Positions 8,409-18,100 of a stretch of DNA of 32,669 nucleotides are shown here, piece by piece; position 1 is the stretch's first letter; every line of letters starts with the position of its first letter. The notes beneath the pieces are model-generated. The model did no database searches, had not been told where the DNA came from, and saw nothing but the letters and a program-made list of their open reading frames with translations. Source of the stretch: Thermoleophilia bacterium (GTDB lineage: Bacteria > Actinomycetota > Thermoleophilia > Miltoncostaeales > Miltoncostaeaceae); assembly GCA_017882555.1 (NCBI GenBank), contig JADGPH010000176.1, positions 1 through 32,669 of the forward strand, given 5' to 3'. The position numbers were made by a program, and so were the translations under genes.

Positions 8409-10475
8409 ATGCCGATCGGTCGTGTGCAGGGAATTCGGCCGGCGCAGGCTGAGCGGGCGACGGCCGTCGGTTTGGCGACCGTGGGGGATCTGTTGCTGCA
8501 TGTGCCGTTCCGGTACGAGCGCTACGGCGACTCGACGCCGATCGCGAGCCTTGTGAGCGGTCAAGAGGCGACGGTGCGCGTGACCTTGTACTCAATTCGC
8601 ATGGCGCCCACCCGTCGTCGGGGCCTTGTGACGGTCCGAGCCCTGGTGGGGGATGACACCGGGCGGCTGGAGGCGGTGTGGTTCAACCAACGACACCTGC
8701 TGCGCTCGTTGGCGGTGGGGGATCAGCTCATGGTGCGGGGCACGGTCGGGGCCGGGGCCCCGCGAACCCTGACCGTGCGGGCGCACGAACTGCTCGGGTC
8801 GGGGGGGTCTGTGGGCCTGCACACCACGGGACTGGTGCCCGTGTACGCGGCGACCGAGGCGCTGCCGTCGGCGCGCATTCGCGAACTGGTCGACCACGCG
8901 CGCGGGCTGGCGAGAGCTGCACCGGAGCTCCTTCCGGCGTGGATTCGCGATCGCCTGTCGCTGATGCGGTACGCCGATGCCCTTATGGCCGTGCACTTCC
9001 CGCGCGCCGCTGCCGATGCTCGCCAGGGCCGTCGCCGCTTGGCCATCCAAGAGCTGATCGAGCTGCAGCTCGGCTTGATGGTGCTGCGCCGACAGGAGGC
9101 CGCCGAGCGTCCTGCGCCAAGACTTCCCGGGACGGGTGCGCTCGGGGATGTCGTGCGGGCCGGGCTGCCGTTTGAGTTGACCAGCCACCAAGAGCGGACG
9201 CTCCGGGAGATCGGTCGCGATCTGCGCCGGGCGACGCCGATGCGGCGGCTGCTACAGGGTGAAGTCGGATCCGGCAAAACGCTCGTCGCGGCGTTGGCGA
9301 TCTGCCAGGTCCTTGAATCGGGCGCCCAGGCGGCACTTCTCGTGCCCACCGAGACGCTCGCCGAGCAGCACCTGCAGACGCTCGATGCGCTCCTGGCGCC
9401 GGCCGGGGTGACACCGGTGCTCGTGACCGGGAAGATTCCCCAGGCCGAACGGGAGCGGCGCCTGATGGCGATCCGCACGGGGACTGCCGGGCTGGCGGTG
9501 GGGACCCAGGCGCTCCTGTCCGAAGGTGTCGAGTTTCGCGAGCTTGGCCTGGTGATCATCGATGAACAGCACCGATTTGGGGTCGAGCAGCGCCACGCGT
9601 TGGGCGAGCGCGCCCTCGACGCCACGGGGCGCGCGGCGCACATTCTCTACATGACCGCGACTCCGATTCCCCGCACCCTTGCCTTGACCGCATACGGGGA
9701 GCTTGCGGTCTCGACGATTCGCGGACGACCCGCCGGCCGCGGCCCGGTCGAGACCCGCTGGGTCCGCGAGGACGATCGCGAGGAGGCATATGCCCAGGTG
9801 CGCGCGGAGTTGCGGCAGGGCTACCAGGCCTACGTGATCTGCCCGCTCGTGGATGAGGGTGGGCCCGCCGAGGCTAAAGCGGCCACCGAGGAAGCCGAGC
9901 GACTGCGCCGGGGTCCGTTCGCGGAGTTCTCGGTCGGCCTCGTTCATGGCGCAATGAAAAGCGATGCCAAGCGCGCCGCGATGGCGGCCTTCGCACGAGG
10001 CGAGAGCGACCTGCTGGTGGCGACGACGGTGATCGAGGTTGGGATCGACGTTCCCAACGCCAGCGTGATCGTCATCGAGGGAGGGGATCGGTTCGGGCTC
10101 GCACAGTTGCACCAGCTGCGTGGCCGTGTGGGGCGGGGGCCGCGACCGGGGTGGTGCGTCGTATTTGGTGAGCCCACCACGGATGACGGGACGCGCCGCC
10201 TGGAGGCGTTTACGCAGACCGGCGACGGATTCCGGCTCGCCGAGCTCGATCTGCAGATCCGCGGCGAAGGGTCGATGCTCGGCGTCCGGCAGGCCGGACC
10301 GACCGATCTGCGGTTTGCGCGCTTGGCGCGCGATCGGCGTGAACTGGCCGAGGCTCGCCAAATCGCGCGGCGCCTGCTCCGCGGCGATCCGTGGATGTCG
10401 CGGCCCGAGCACCTGTTGTTGCGTCGTGCCGTCGAGGCGCGCTTTACCGCGATCCCACGATTGCTTGAGGCCTGA
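8409..10475 (+). CDS. recG: ATP-dependent DNA helicase RecG
   Basis: Wedge-domain N-terminus (GIRPAQAERATAVGLATVGDLLLHVPFRYE), Walker A GEVGSGKT, DEQH box and QLHQLRGRVGRG. Start at ATG 8409 is preferred over the track start at 8250, but it is uncertain. Confidence 0.9.
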   Translation: MPIGRVQGIRPAQAERATAVGLATVGDLLLHVPFRYERYGDSTPIASLVSGQEATVRVTLYSIRMAPTRRRGLVTVRALVGDDTGRLEAVWFNQRHLLRSLAVGDQLMVRGTVGAGAPRTLTVRAHELLGSGGSVGLHTTGLVPVYAATEALPSARIRELVDHARGLARAAPELLPAWIRDRLSLMRYADALMAVHFPRAAADARQGRRRLAIQELIELQLGLMVLRRQEAAERPAPRLPGTGALGDVVRAGLPFELTSHQERTLREIGRDLRRATPMRRLLQGEVGSGKTLVAALAICQVLESGAQAALLVPTETLAEQHLQTLDALLAPAGVTPVLVTGKIPQAERERRLMAIRTGTAGLAVGTQALLSEGVEFRELGLVIIDEQHRFGVEQRHALGERALDATGRAAHILYMTATPIPRTLALTAYGELAVSTIRGRPAGRGPVETRWVREDDREEAYAQVRAELRQGYQAYVICPLVDEGGPAEAKAATEEAERLRRGPFAEFSVGLVHGAMKSDAKRAAMAAFARGESDLLVATTVIEVGIDVPNASVIVIEGGDRFGLAQLHQLRGRVGRGPRPGWCVVFGEPTTDDGTRRLEAFTQTGDGFRLAELDLQIRGEGSMLGVRQAGPTDLRFARLARDRRELAEARQIARRLLRGDPWMSRPEHLLLRRAVEARFTAIPRLLEA

Positions 10476-10479
10476 ACGA

Positions 10480-11049
10480 GTGCGGGTGATCGCCGGCACG
10501 CACCGTGGGCGCCGCTTGATCGCGCCCAAAGGTGTCGCGACCAGACCGACCGGCGACCGCGTGCGTGAGGCCGTTTTCGCGATCATTGGACCGTGCGAGG
10601 GCGCCCATGTGTTGGACCTGTTCGCGGGCTCGGGCGCGATGGGTATCGAAGCGCTCTCGCGAGGGGCACAAGCGGTCACCTTTGTCGAGCGTGATCCGCG
10701 CGCGGCAGCCTGTATCCGCGCCAACCTCACTGCGCTTGAGTTGACGCCGGCTGCCCGTATCGTCGTGCGTGATTGGTCTGTGGCCCTCCGCGACGAGGCG
10801 CAGCGAGATGAGCGCTACGACTTGTGCCTGATCGACCCTCCATATAGCGTTGTTGCAGGGATTTCTGCGGACATCTCGCGCGCGCTTGCTCCCGTTCTGG
10901 CGGAATATGCGACAGTGATACTCGAAGGCTCTGCAGCAGGCCCTGTCCCGACAATGGACGGCATCCGCGTGACCGAGCGCAGCGATCGAACCTACGGGTC
11001 GACCCGGGTCAGCATCTTTCGCGTCGCCAACCCCAGCGGGTCGGCGTGA
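10480..11049 (+). CDS. rsmD: 16S rRNA (guanine966-N2)-methyltransferase RsmD
   Basis: (M)RVIAGTHRGRRL N-terminus, LDLFAGSGAMGIEALSRGA SAM motif and DPPY. GTG 10480 lies 4 nt after the recG stop; the track ORF start at 10120 lies inside recG. Confidence 0.88.
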   Translation: MRVIAGTHRGRRLIAPKGVATRPTGDRVREAVFAIIGPCEGAHVLDLFAGSGAMGIEALSRGAQAVTFVERDPRAAACIRANLTALELTPAARIVVRDWSVALRDEAQRDERYDLCLIDPPYSVVAGISADISRALAPVLAEYATVILEGSAAGPVPTMDGIRVTERSDRTYGSTRVSIFRVANPSGSA

Positions 11050-11591
11050 GCTCCGGCGCGCGAGTGGCGATGTGCCCGGGCACCTTCGATCCCGTTACCC
11101 TCGGACATCTGGATATCATTGCCCGTGCCTCGCGGATATTCGCGGAGGTCATTATCGCGGTCACCGACGGATCGTTTAAGAAGGAGCCGATGTTCTCCAC
11201 CGAGGAGCGCATCGGATTTGTGCGCCAGGCGGCGCGGGAACTCGAGCTTGACAACGTGCGTGTCGAACCCCTGCGTGAGTTGGTGACCGAGCATGCCCGG
11301 CAGCTTGGCGCGCATGCGATCGTGAAGGGTTTGCGGGCGATCTCGGATTTCGACTACGAGTTTCAGATGGCCCAAATCAATAAACATCTCGCACCGGAGC
11401 TTGAGACGGTGTACCTTCCGGCCTCGCCCCGTTTCAGTTTTATTAGCTCCAGCGGTGTTCGAGAAGTGGCCGCGTGGGGTGGTGATGTTGAGGCTTGGGT
11501 TCCCGCACATGTCGCGCGAGCCTTGCGCGAGCGAAGCCCGCGTTTGGCCTCGGCGAACTCCGCCGACACCAGCGGTGGGACGACGGAATGA
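11046..11591 (+). CDS. coaD: phosphopantetheine adenylyltransferase
   Basis: Contains CPGTFDPVTLGHLDII (the T/HxGH nucleotidyltransferase motif). GTGA overlap with rsmD. Confidence 0.93.
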   Translation: MSSGARVAMCPGTFDPVTLGHLDIIARASRIFAEVIIAVTDGSFKKEPMFSTEERIGFVRQAARELELDNVRVEPLRELVTEHARQLGAHAIVKGLRAISDFDYEFQMAQINKHLAPELETVYLPASPRFSFISSSGVREVAAWGGDVEAWVPAHVARALRERSPRLASANSADTSGGTTE

Positions 11592-11600
11592 GGAGGTTGG

Positions 11601-12089
11601 GTGGACGTTCTTGAGCTGATCGACAAGTTGGATGACCTCATCCACAATGCACGCCCGGTCCCGTTGACCGATCAGGTCCGCATCGACCGCGATGCCATCT
11701 TCGAGCTGCTCGACGAGATGCGGTCCACGATTCCTGAAGAGGTCAAGCAGGCCCGCTGGATCGTTAAGGAGCGCCAGGAGATGTTGGCCGAGGCGCGTCG
11801 CGAGGCCGACCGGATGATCGCCGAAGCCCGCGAGCGTGCGCAGCACGAGATCTCCGAGCAGGAGGTCGTCCGACAGGCCGAGCGCGAGGCCCAGGACATG
11901 CTGGAAGCCGCGCGCCAGCGTGAGCGGGAAGTCCGCTTGGGCGCGGAGGACTATGCGGATGAGGTCCTGGGGACCCTGGAGGTCAACCTCGGTAAGTTCC
12001 TGCAAGCCGTCCAGCGGGGCCGTGAACGCCTGCAAGGCAAGGCGGACAGCACCGACATCGGTGGTTTGCGGGAGCCCGGAGCCGAGTAA
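11601..12089 (+). CDS. conserved coiled-coil protein of unknown function (often labelled ATP-synthase-subunit-b/H-like)
   Basis: 162 aa, rich in E, R and A with heptad-like repeats (EARREADRMIAEARERAQHEI...). AGGAGG lies 4 nt before GTG 11601. It sits between coaD and yceD. Confidence 0.7.
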   Translation: MDVLELIDKLDDLIHNARPVPLTDQVRIDRDAIFELLDEMRSTIPEEVKQARWIVKERQEMLAEARREADRMIAEARERAQHEISEQEVVRQAEREAQDMLEAARQREREVRLGAEDYADEVLGTLEVNLGKFLQAVQRGRERLQGKADSTDIGGLREPGAE

Positions 12090-12091
12090 CG

Positions 12092-12712
12092 ATGGGACGT
12101 CGGCCCGCCGCCCGGAAGCGGAGCGGGCCCTCGCGCGGCGCTGTGCGGGCCGACGAGGGTAATCGGTTGGTCTCCCTCGACCTCCGAAGCCTTGACCTGG
12201 TGCCGGGCACCGCGCGTGCACTCGACGTCGAGATCCCCGTTGCCCCACTCCGAATCGGGGGCGAGGATTACACCGCGGACCCCGCCGCGCCGCCGGTTCG
12301 TCTGGACGTGGTGCGCCTCGGCAAGGGGTGGCATTTCCGGATGCGGAGCACGCTGCATGTTGCTGGTCCGTGCTGGCGCTGTCTCGAGGAGGCGCACCCC
12401 GCGGTTGCGATTGACGCGACCGAGGTCTCCATCGAGGGGGCAGACGACCCTGAGATGGTGAGCCTCTACCTGGAGCAGGGTGTGCTCGACGTTGCCGACT
12501 GGGCACGCGATGCCGTCGCCGAAGCCCTGCCGCCGACGATTCTGTGCGACGAGCAATGCGCCGGTTTGTGCACGATTTGCGGGGCAAACTTGAACCACGG
12601 CGACTGCGGGTGCGGGGCTGGTTCGGTCGATCCCCGGTGGTCGGCACTCGCGGAGCTCGCCGAGCGCCTGCGTGGCCCGGGAGTCGGTCCGGACACGGAG
12701 GACGCCACGTAG
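12092..12712 (+). CDS. yceD: YceD/DUF177 family protein (large-subunit rRNA accumulation protein)
   Basis: C-terminal CDEQCAGLCTICGANLNHGDCGC cysteine cluster and position upstream of rpmF. An alternative TTG start at 12167, preceded by GAGGG, would remove an Arg-rich N-terminus. Confidence 0.85.
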   Translation: MGRRPAARKRSGPSRGAVRADEGNRLVSLDLRSLDLVPGTARALDVEIPVAPLRIGGEDYTADPAAPPVRLDVVRLGKGWHFRMRSTLHVAGPCWRCLEEAHPAVAIDATEVSIEGADDPEMVSLYLEQGVLDVADWARDAVAEALPPTILCDEQCAGLCTICGANLNHGDCGCGAGSVDPRWSALAELAERLRGPGVGPDTEDAT

Positions 12713-12769
12713 CCGGACATCGGCGACGGCCGTTTCGGTGGCCGGTGTGCGAGAACTGACCGAGAGGGG

Positions 12770-12799
12770 TTGCGGGGTGGGGCCGTGTGGCGATAACCT
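12770..12799 (+). promoter_or_regulatory. putative rpmF promoter TTGCGG-N18-TAACCT
   Basis: TTGCGG at 12770..12775, an 18-nt spacer, then TAACCT at 12794..12799, inside the 149-nt yceD-rpmF gap. Confidence 0.3.
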
Positions 12800-12861
12800 T
12801 CCGCGGTCTACGACCGTCCGGCCGGCCGATTGGCCATGGGCGGCACATCAGCAGGAGCGAC

Positions 12862-13041
12862 ATGGCTGTTCCGAAGCGCAAGACCTCCCGTCAGCGTCGT
12901 GACACGCGTCGGGCAACCCACGCCATCGAGGCGGATCGCATTGGACGCTGCCCTCACTGCAGCGCGCCAACCCGTCCCCACCGTGTCTGCGGGGTGTGTG
13001 GCCAGTACCGAGGTCGCCAAGTCGTCGAAATCCGCGACTAG
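12862..13041 (+). CDS. rpmF: 50S ribosomal protein L32 (zinc-ribbon C+ form)
   Basis: MAVPKRKTSRQRRDTRR...CPHCSAPTRPHRVCGVCG. GGAGCG precedes ATG 12862. The track ORF start at 12787 is an artificial extension. Confidence 0.93.
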   Translation: MAVPKRKTSRQRRDTRRATHAIEADRIGRCPHCSAPTRPHRVCGVCGQYRGRQVVEIRD

Positions 13042-13047
13042 CATCGC

Positions 13048-13066
13048 GGTCGCGACCTCCGCGACC
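13048..13066 (+). promoter_or_regulatory. GC-rich hairpin between rpmF and plsX
   Basis: ggtcgcg (13048..13054) pairs perfectly with cgcgacc (13060..13066) across a 5-nt loop. No T-tract follows; the plsX AGGGGGA Shine-Dalgarno sequence follows directly. Confidence 0.25.
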
Positions 13067-13083
13067 AGGGGGACGTCGAGATC

Positions 13084-14103
13084 ATGAATCGCGAGATCGT
13101 GATCGCTCTGGACGGCATGGGGGGTGATCACGCTCCCGATGTGACCGTGCAGGGGGCAGTCGATGCCGCGGGCCCGCATCTTCGGGTGGTGGTCGTCGGC
13201 GACACGGCCGCACTTGCTCCACGTCTGGAGGCCCTGTCATCGCAGCCCGGCTATGGGTTTGTGGAGATCGTCCACGCGCCCGACAAGGTCTTCTCGACCG
13301 AAGACGGTGCCCGGGCCGTGCGTGCCAAGCCCGAGAGCTCGGTCGTTGTGGCCTGCCGCTTGGTACGTGACGGACGCGCTCAAGGAGCGGTGTCGCTGGG
13401 GCATACGGGCGCCATGATGGCGGCGGCGACGCTGCACATTCGTCGCATCCCCGGCGTCCAGCGTCCCGGAATCGCGGTGGTGTTGCCCAGTCGCGCAGGG
13501 TTCATCGTGCTGCTGGACGCCGGCGCCAATGCGGAGGCCCGCCCCGAACACCTGGTGCAGTTTGCCGCGATGGGACGCCAATTTGCCCAAGGCGTGCTCG
13601 GCGATCCCTCCCCGAAGGTCGGGTTGCTGTCGATCGGAGAAGAGGAGGGCCGGGGTAGTGAGCTGGTCCAACAGGCCACGCCGCTGTTACGTGACACCCC
13701 AGGGTTCATCGGCAATGTCGAAGGACGTGACATTCCTCGTGGCACCGTCCGTGTGGTCGTGACCGATGGATTCACCGGGAATGTGGCGCTCAAACTCTAC
13801 GAGGCCTCGGCGGAGTTCTTGTTTGCCGAGATTCGCGGCGCGGTGTCCGAAACGTGGGCTGGCCGTCTCGGCGGATTGCTCGTGCGTCCGTCGATTCGCC
13901 GCATGCGCGATCGCCTTGATCCCGAGGCGGTCGGCGGCGCATTTCTGTTGGGTGTGCAGGGTTTGGCCGTGATTGGCCACGGCTCGGGCAGCGCGACCGC
14001 AGTGGCCAACGCCATTCATACGGCAGCCCGTGGGGTCCGCGAAGACGTCGTCGGACGGCTCGCTGCGGAACTTGCTTCCCCACCCGCCTCCGCGCCTGCG
14101 TAG
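13084..14103 (+). CDS. plsX: phosphate acyltransferase PlsX
   Basis: Contains IALDGMGGDHAP and the VVTDGFTGNVALK motifs. rpmF-plsX synteny fits. Confidence 0.93.
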   Translation: MNREIVIALDGMGGDHAPDVTVQGAVDAAGPHLRVVVVGDTAALAPRLEALSSQPGYGFVEIVHAPDKVFSTEDGARAVRAKPESSVVVACRLVRDGRAQGAVSLGHTGAMMAAATLHIRRIPGVQRPGIAVVLPSRAGFIVLLDAGANAEARPEHLVQFAAMGRQFAQGVLGDPSPKVGLLSIGEEEGRGSELVQQATPLLRDTPGFIGNVEGRDIPRGTVRVVVTDGFTGNVALKLYEASAEFLFAEIRGAVSETWAGRLGGLLVRPSIRRMRDRLDPEAVGGAFLLGVQGLAVIGHGSGSATAVANAIHTAARGVREDVVGRLAAELASPPASAPA

Positions 14104-14146
14104 GATGCCGGGCGACGTCTCTCAACCGTGAGGTGTCCGAACCCGT

Positions 14147-14155
14147 TGGTAAGTT
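14147..14155 (+). promoter_or_regulatory. putative extended -10 promoter for acpP (TGGTAAGTT)
   Basis: TGnTANNNT match in the 104-nt plsX-acpP gap, about 50 nt upstream of GTG 14208. Confidence 0.35.
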
Positions 14156-14207
14156 CCACGAGCGCTAGGTGGTGTTGCGCTTGGCGGTCGTTAAGAAAGG
14201 GAGAGCC

Positions 14208-14450
14208 GTGGACCGAGCACAGGTCGTCGAGGAGCTTCGCGCCATCCTCGTAGAGCAGCTTGGCGTGGATGCGTCCGAGGTCACCGAAGAGTCCTCGTTT
14301 CAAGAGGATCTCAACGCGGACTCGCTGGACTTGGTCGAGCTCATTATGGAGATGGAAGACCGGTTCAAGCTGAAGATTCCGGACGAAGACGCTGAGAAGA
14401 TCTCCACTGTCGGGGAGGCGGTCAACTACGTGGTCGCCCACGCCAGCTGA
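14208..14450 (+). CDS. acpP: acyl carrier protein
   Basis: DSL phosphopantetheine attachment site in [26 protein letters not shown] Shine-Dalgarno sequence directly before GTG 14208; the track start at 14169 is upstream of that sequence. Confidence 0.92.
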   Translation: MDRAQVVEELRAILVEQLGVDASEVTEESSFQEDLNADSLDLVELIMEMEDRFKLKIPDEDAEKISTVGEAVNYVVAHAS

Positions 14451-14454
14451 CGCA

Positions 14455-15117
14455 ATGCCACTGTCGCCGCTGGCCGGGTTGCTCGCGCAGCTCGGCCCAG
14501 CGCGCCGGCGTCAAGTACTGTCGCATCGTTCATGGGTGGCTGAGCGCACCGACTCGTATGAGCGGTTGGAGTTCCTGGGCGACAGCGTGTTGCAGCTCAT
14601 CGTCACCGAAGAGCTGATGCGCCACCACCCGGCCGCCTCCGAGGGTGACCTCGCGTGGATGCGCCAGACCGTCGTCGACGGCGAGATGTGCGCCCACGTG
14701 GCCGTTTTGGCGGGCTTGCATGAACAGTTGCGGGCGGTCGCGCCGGAGCACAGTCGCAGCTTGGCGGATCAGCCGAGTGTCCAGGCGGCGCTCACCGAAG
14801 CGGTGATCGGCGCCGCCTGGATTGATCTTGGGATCCCCGCGACGACCGACGCCGTGCGGGGAGCATTCGCGGCGGCCGTGGCCGCCGCGGTGCCCGGTCA
14901 ACGTGACCCCAAGACGACCCTCCAGGAGCTTGCGGCGCGCACTGGCGTTGCGATCCACTACGAGGTCACGCGGATCGATGGCCCGGCGCATCGACGCGGG
15001 TTCACGACACGCGTCACCGTGGGGACTGCAGTTGCCGAGGGCGTCGGGGGCTCCAAGCAATCCTCCGAGCGCGCGGCGGCGACCGCGGTCCTTGACGTCC
15101 TCGCCGAGAGCGCCTGA
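14455..15117 (+). CDS. rnc: ribonuclease III
   Basis: ERLEFLGDSVL signature plus a C-terminal dsRBD. Confidence 0.93.
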   Translation: MPLSPLAGLLAQLGPARRRQVLSHRSWVAERTDSYERLEFLGDSVLQLIVTEELMRHHPAASEGDLAWMRQTVVDGEMCAHVAVLAGLHEQLRAVAPEHSRSLADQPSVQAALTEAVIGAAWIDLGIPATTDAVRGAFAAAVAAAVPGQRDPKTTLQELAARTGVAIHYEVTRIDGPAHRRGFTTRVTVGTAVAEGVGGSKQSSERAAATAVLDVLAESA

Positions 15118-18100
15118 TGCTGCGGCGCGTCGAGATGCGCGGGTTCAAGTCGTTTGCGAGTTCCGTGGCCCTGGAATTCGGGCCGGGCGTCAACGTGATC
15201 GTCGGACCGAATGGATCGGGCAAGAGCAATCTCGCCGAGGCGATTGTCTGGTCGATGGGCGAGCAGCGGGCGGCGCGGTTGCGTGCGGGCGGCATGACTG
15301 AGGTTGTGTTTTCGGGAGGTGACGGACGACCGCCCGCGGGTGTCGCTGAGGTCCGATTGACCGTCAGCCCGCCCGCGCCCGATCCGACTCAACCGGCGGA
15401 GATCGAGGTGTCACGCCGCATCACCCGGACGGGGGATGCGACCTACCAGCTCAACGGGACTTCCTGTCGACTGCTCGATGTCCATGAGGCCCTCGGCACG
15501 GTGGGCTTGGGTCCCGACGCGTTGGCCGTGATCCGCCAGGGGCAGGTTGAGGCGGTGTGCACCGCGCGGCCGAGCGATCTCCGGGCGGTGCTCGAAGAGG
15601 CCGCCGGTGTCGCGCTGTCACGCCGTCGCCGTCGCCGCGCGGAAGCCAAGCTGGCGCGTGTTGCCGAGCGGCTCGATCGCGCCCGAGACCTGGCTGCCGA
15701 ACTGACGCGTCGTCAGGCGACTCTCGAACGCCAAGCTCGTGCGGCGACTCGGGCCGCGGAACTTGAGCGCGAGATCATTGCCGCCCGTCAGCGCCTGGCC
15801 ACTGCGCTGGGAGCAGCCGCACTTCGGGATCAGCAGGCCGCCGCCTCGGATGTCGAGTGTCGCTCCGCTGAGCGGGAGCAGGCGGCGGTTGCGAGTGAGG
15901 CGGCAGCAGCCGAACGCACTGTCGCGGAGGAGATCCTGGCCGAGCACGTCACGGTGCGCGATCAGGGTCGGGAGCTGTTACGTGAGATCCAGAGCACGGT
16001 GGAGCGGCTGCGCGGTCGTACCGACTTGGCGCGAGAGCGCCTGGACGATGCACAGCGGCAAATGGCACGTGATGCCCAACTGCGTGCGACTGCGGCCGCT
16101 GCTCGGGACGATGCGATGGATCGCGCCGACGACGCCCATGCGCGCCGCGACCAGGCCAGCGCTGACCTGGATCGCACTCGGGCGGGTTTGGCGGCGCAGA
16201 CCGAGCGCAGGGCGGTGGAAGAGGCGCGTGCCCGCACGGCGCAGGCGCACGCCGACGACGCCCGCGTGGTCGCTGACGACGCGCGACGCACGTTGGTGAG
16301 TGTTGATGCGCGCGCGAGCGGGCTCGCCGGTGATCTTGCGCAGGCGACGGCACGGCTCGAGCGACTCGCTGGCGCTGAGGGTGGGGTCGGCACCGCGCGC
16401 CCCGAACGGCGTGCCGAGGTCGCTGGCGAGCGCGCCGCCCGGTGGTCTGCCCGGGCCGAAGCGGCAGATGCTGCCGTCGACGATGCCCAGGCCGTGGTCG
16501 CGGGCGCTGAACAGCGGCGTCGGGCGCTTGCGGTACTCATGGCGGCCGTGCGTCCGTCGGGGTCGGTGGCGGCCGGTGTACTGGGCGCCGGTCTCGAGGT
16601 TGCATCAGGCACAGAGCGTGCTTTCGGGGCGGCCCTGGGCATGCTGGCCGATGCCCCCGCGGTGGGAAGCGTTGCGGATGCCGATCAGGCACTTGACGCG
16701 GGCGCGCCGGCGGTGTTGGTGCCGGCACCGATGCCCACCATCCGCACGGCCCCAACCGCACCCGTCGGGACTCCCCTGATCGATCTCGTGGTGGCGTGCG
16801 AGCACGGGATGCGCGATCACCTTATCCGGGTGCTCGCCGGCATGTGGCTGGTGGACGATCTGGGCCAGGTGCCCGAGGGCACACCGGGGCTCTTTGTGAC
16901 GCCTGGCGGGGATGCCTGGCGACCGGCGCAGGGTGTGCGTCTGCGACCGGTCAGCCACTGGGCTGCGGCCGCCGAGTACCGGGCGGCGACCGTGCATCTG
17001 GAGGCGGTGGAGACCGAGCTCGCCGTCGCACGGGAGGTCCACGCACGCGTCGTGGCAGCTGCGGGCCGGATTCGGGTGCGCCGTCGGGCCGCGGAGCGCG
17101 CAGCCGCGCGCGGCGAGCAAGCGGTCGGTATCGCGCGCGCCCAGGCGGCCCGGATGAGCGCCGAGCGCGCCGACGCCAGTGCGGCGTTCAGCGCTGCGAC
17201 CGACGCCATCGCCGAGCTTGAGGTCGTTCGGGTCGGGCTCGCCGCTGCCGCCGAACGGGCGGGCGCGCAGGTTGCCATCACCACCCAGGCGGTCTTGCAG
17301 GCCGTTGGACTGCTGGAGGCCGGGGGCGTCGAGTACGCCGAGGCCGAACAGGCCGCTGCCCAAGCCCAGGCCGAACTCGCGGTCGCCCAATTGGCAGTGG
17401 CCGAGGCGGATGAACAACTGCGGCTGATTGAGCGCCGTTCCGAGGCGCCGCTGCTCGGGGTCGATCTTCGCGAGGCCGACCACGCGGTTGCGGTGCTCGG
17501 GGACGTGGCGGCGCTTCTGGCTGGTCGGGTCGATGTGATGACTCAGGCCCATCAGAGCGCCGACGTTGTCATCTCGGATGCGGAGCGGCGCGTGAGCGCG
17601 GCGCGCGCGGCCCATCAGGCCGCGCTTGCGGTGCACGCCCACGCGACGGATGTGCTGCATGCGGCCGAGCTTGCCCTGGCGGGGGTCAGCGCGCGCGCGC
17701 GCGAACTCGTGGGGTCACACGAGATCACCGCGCATGACATTTCTGCCGGCAGCGATGACCCCGAGACCGAGACCCGGAACATCGAGGATCTCGAACGGCG
17801 TCGCAGGATGATTGGTGCCGTCAACGAGCTTGCGACCAGCGAGTGGGAGGAGACCTCCGGGCGCACCGAGGAGATCGCAGAGCAAGTGGCAGATCTTGAG
17901 GCAGCGGCAACCGACTTGGCCGCGCACATGCAGGGACTCGACGATGCGGTAACCGACGGCTTCCAACAGGTCTTTGGCGTCGTTCAGCAGCGTTTCCGTG
18001 ATGCGGTGGAAGTGCTCTTTCCCGGCGGGCAGGGTCGACTCCAACCGGTGGAGTGCGACGACGACGAGCTCGGGATCGAGATCCAGGTCGTACCGGCGGG

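Noticed and set aside
15700-17700. Apparent repetitiveness and alanine richness in the middle of smc.
   Set aside because: It is consistent with the antiparallel coiled-coil arms of SMC in a high-GC genome. I could discern no exact nucleotide repeat units, and the head, hinge and signature motifs are intact.
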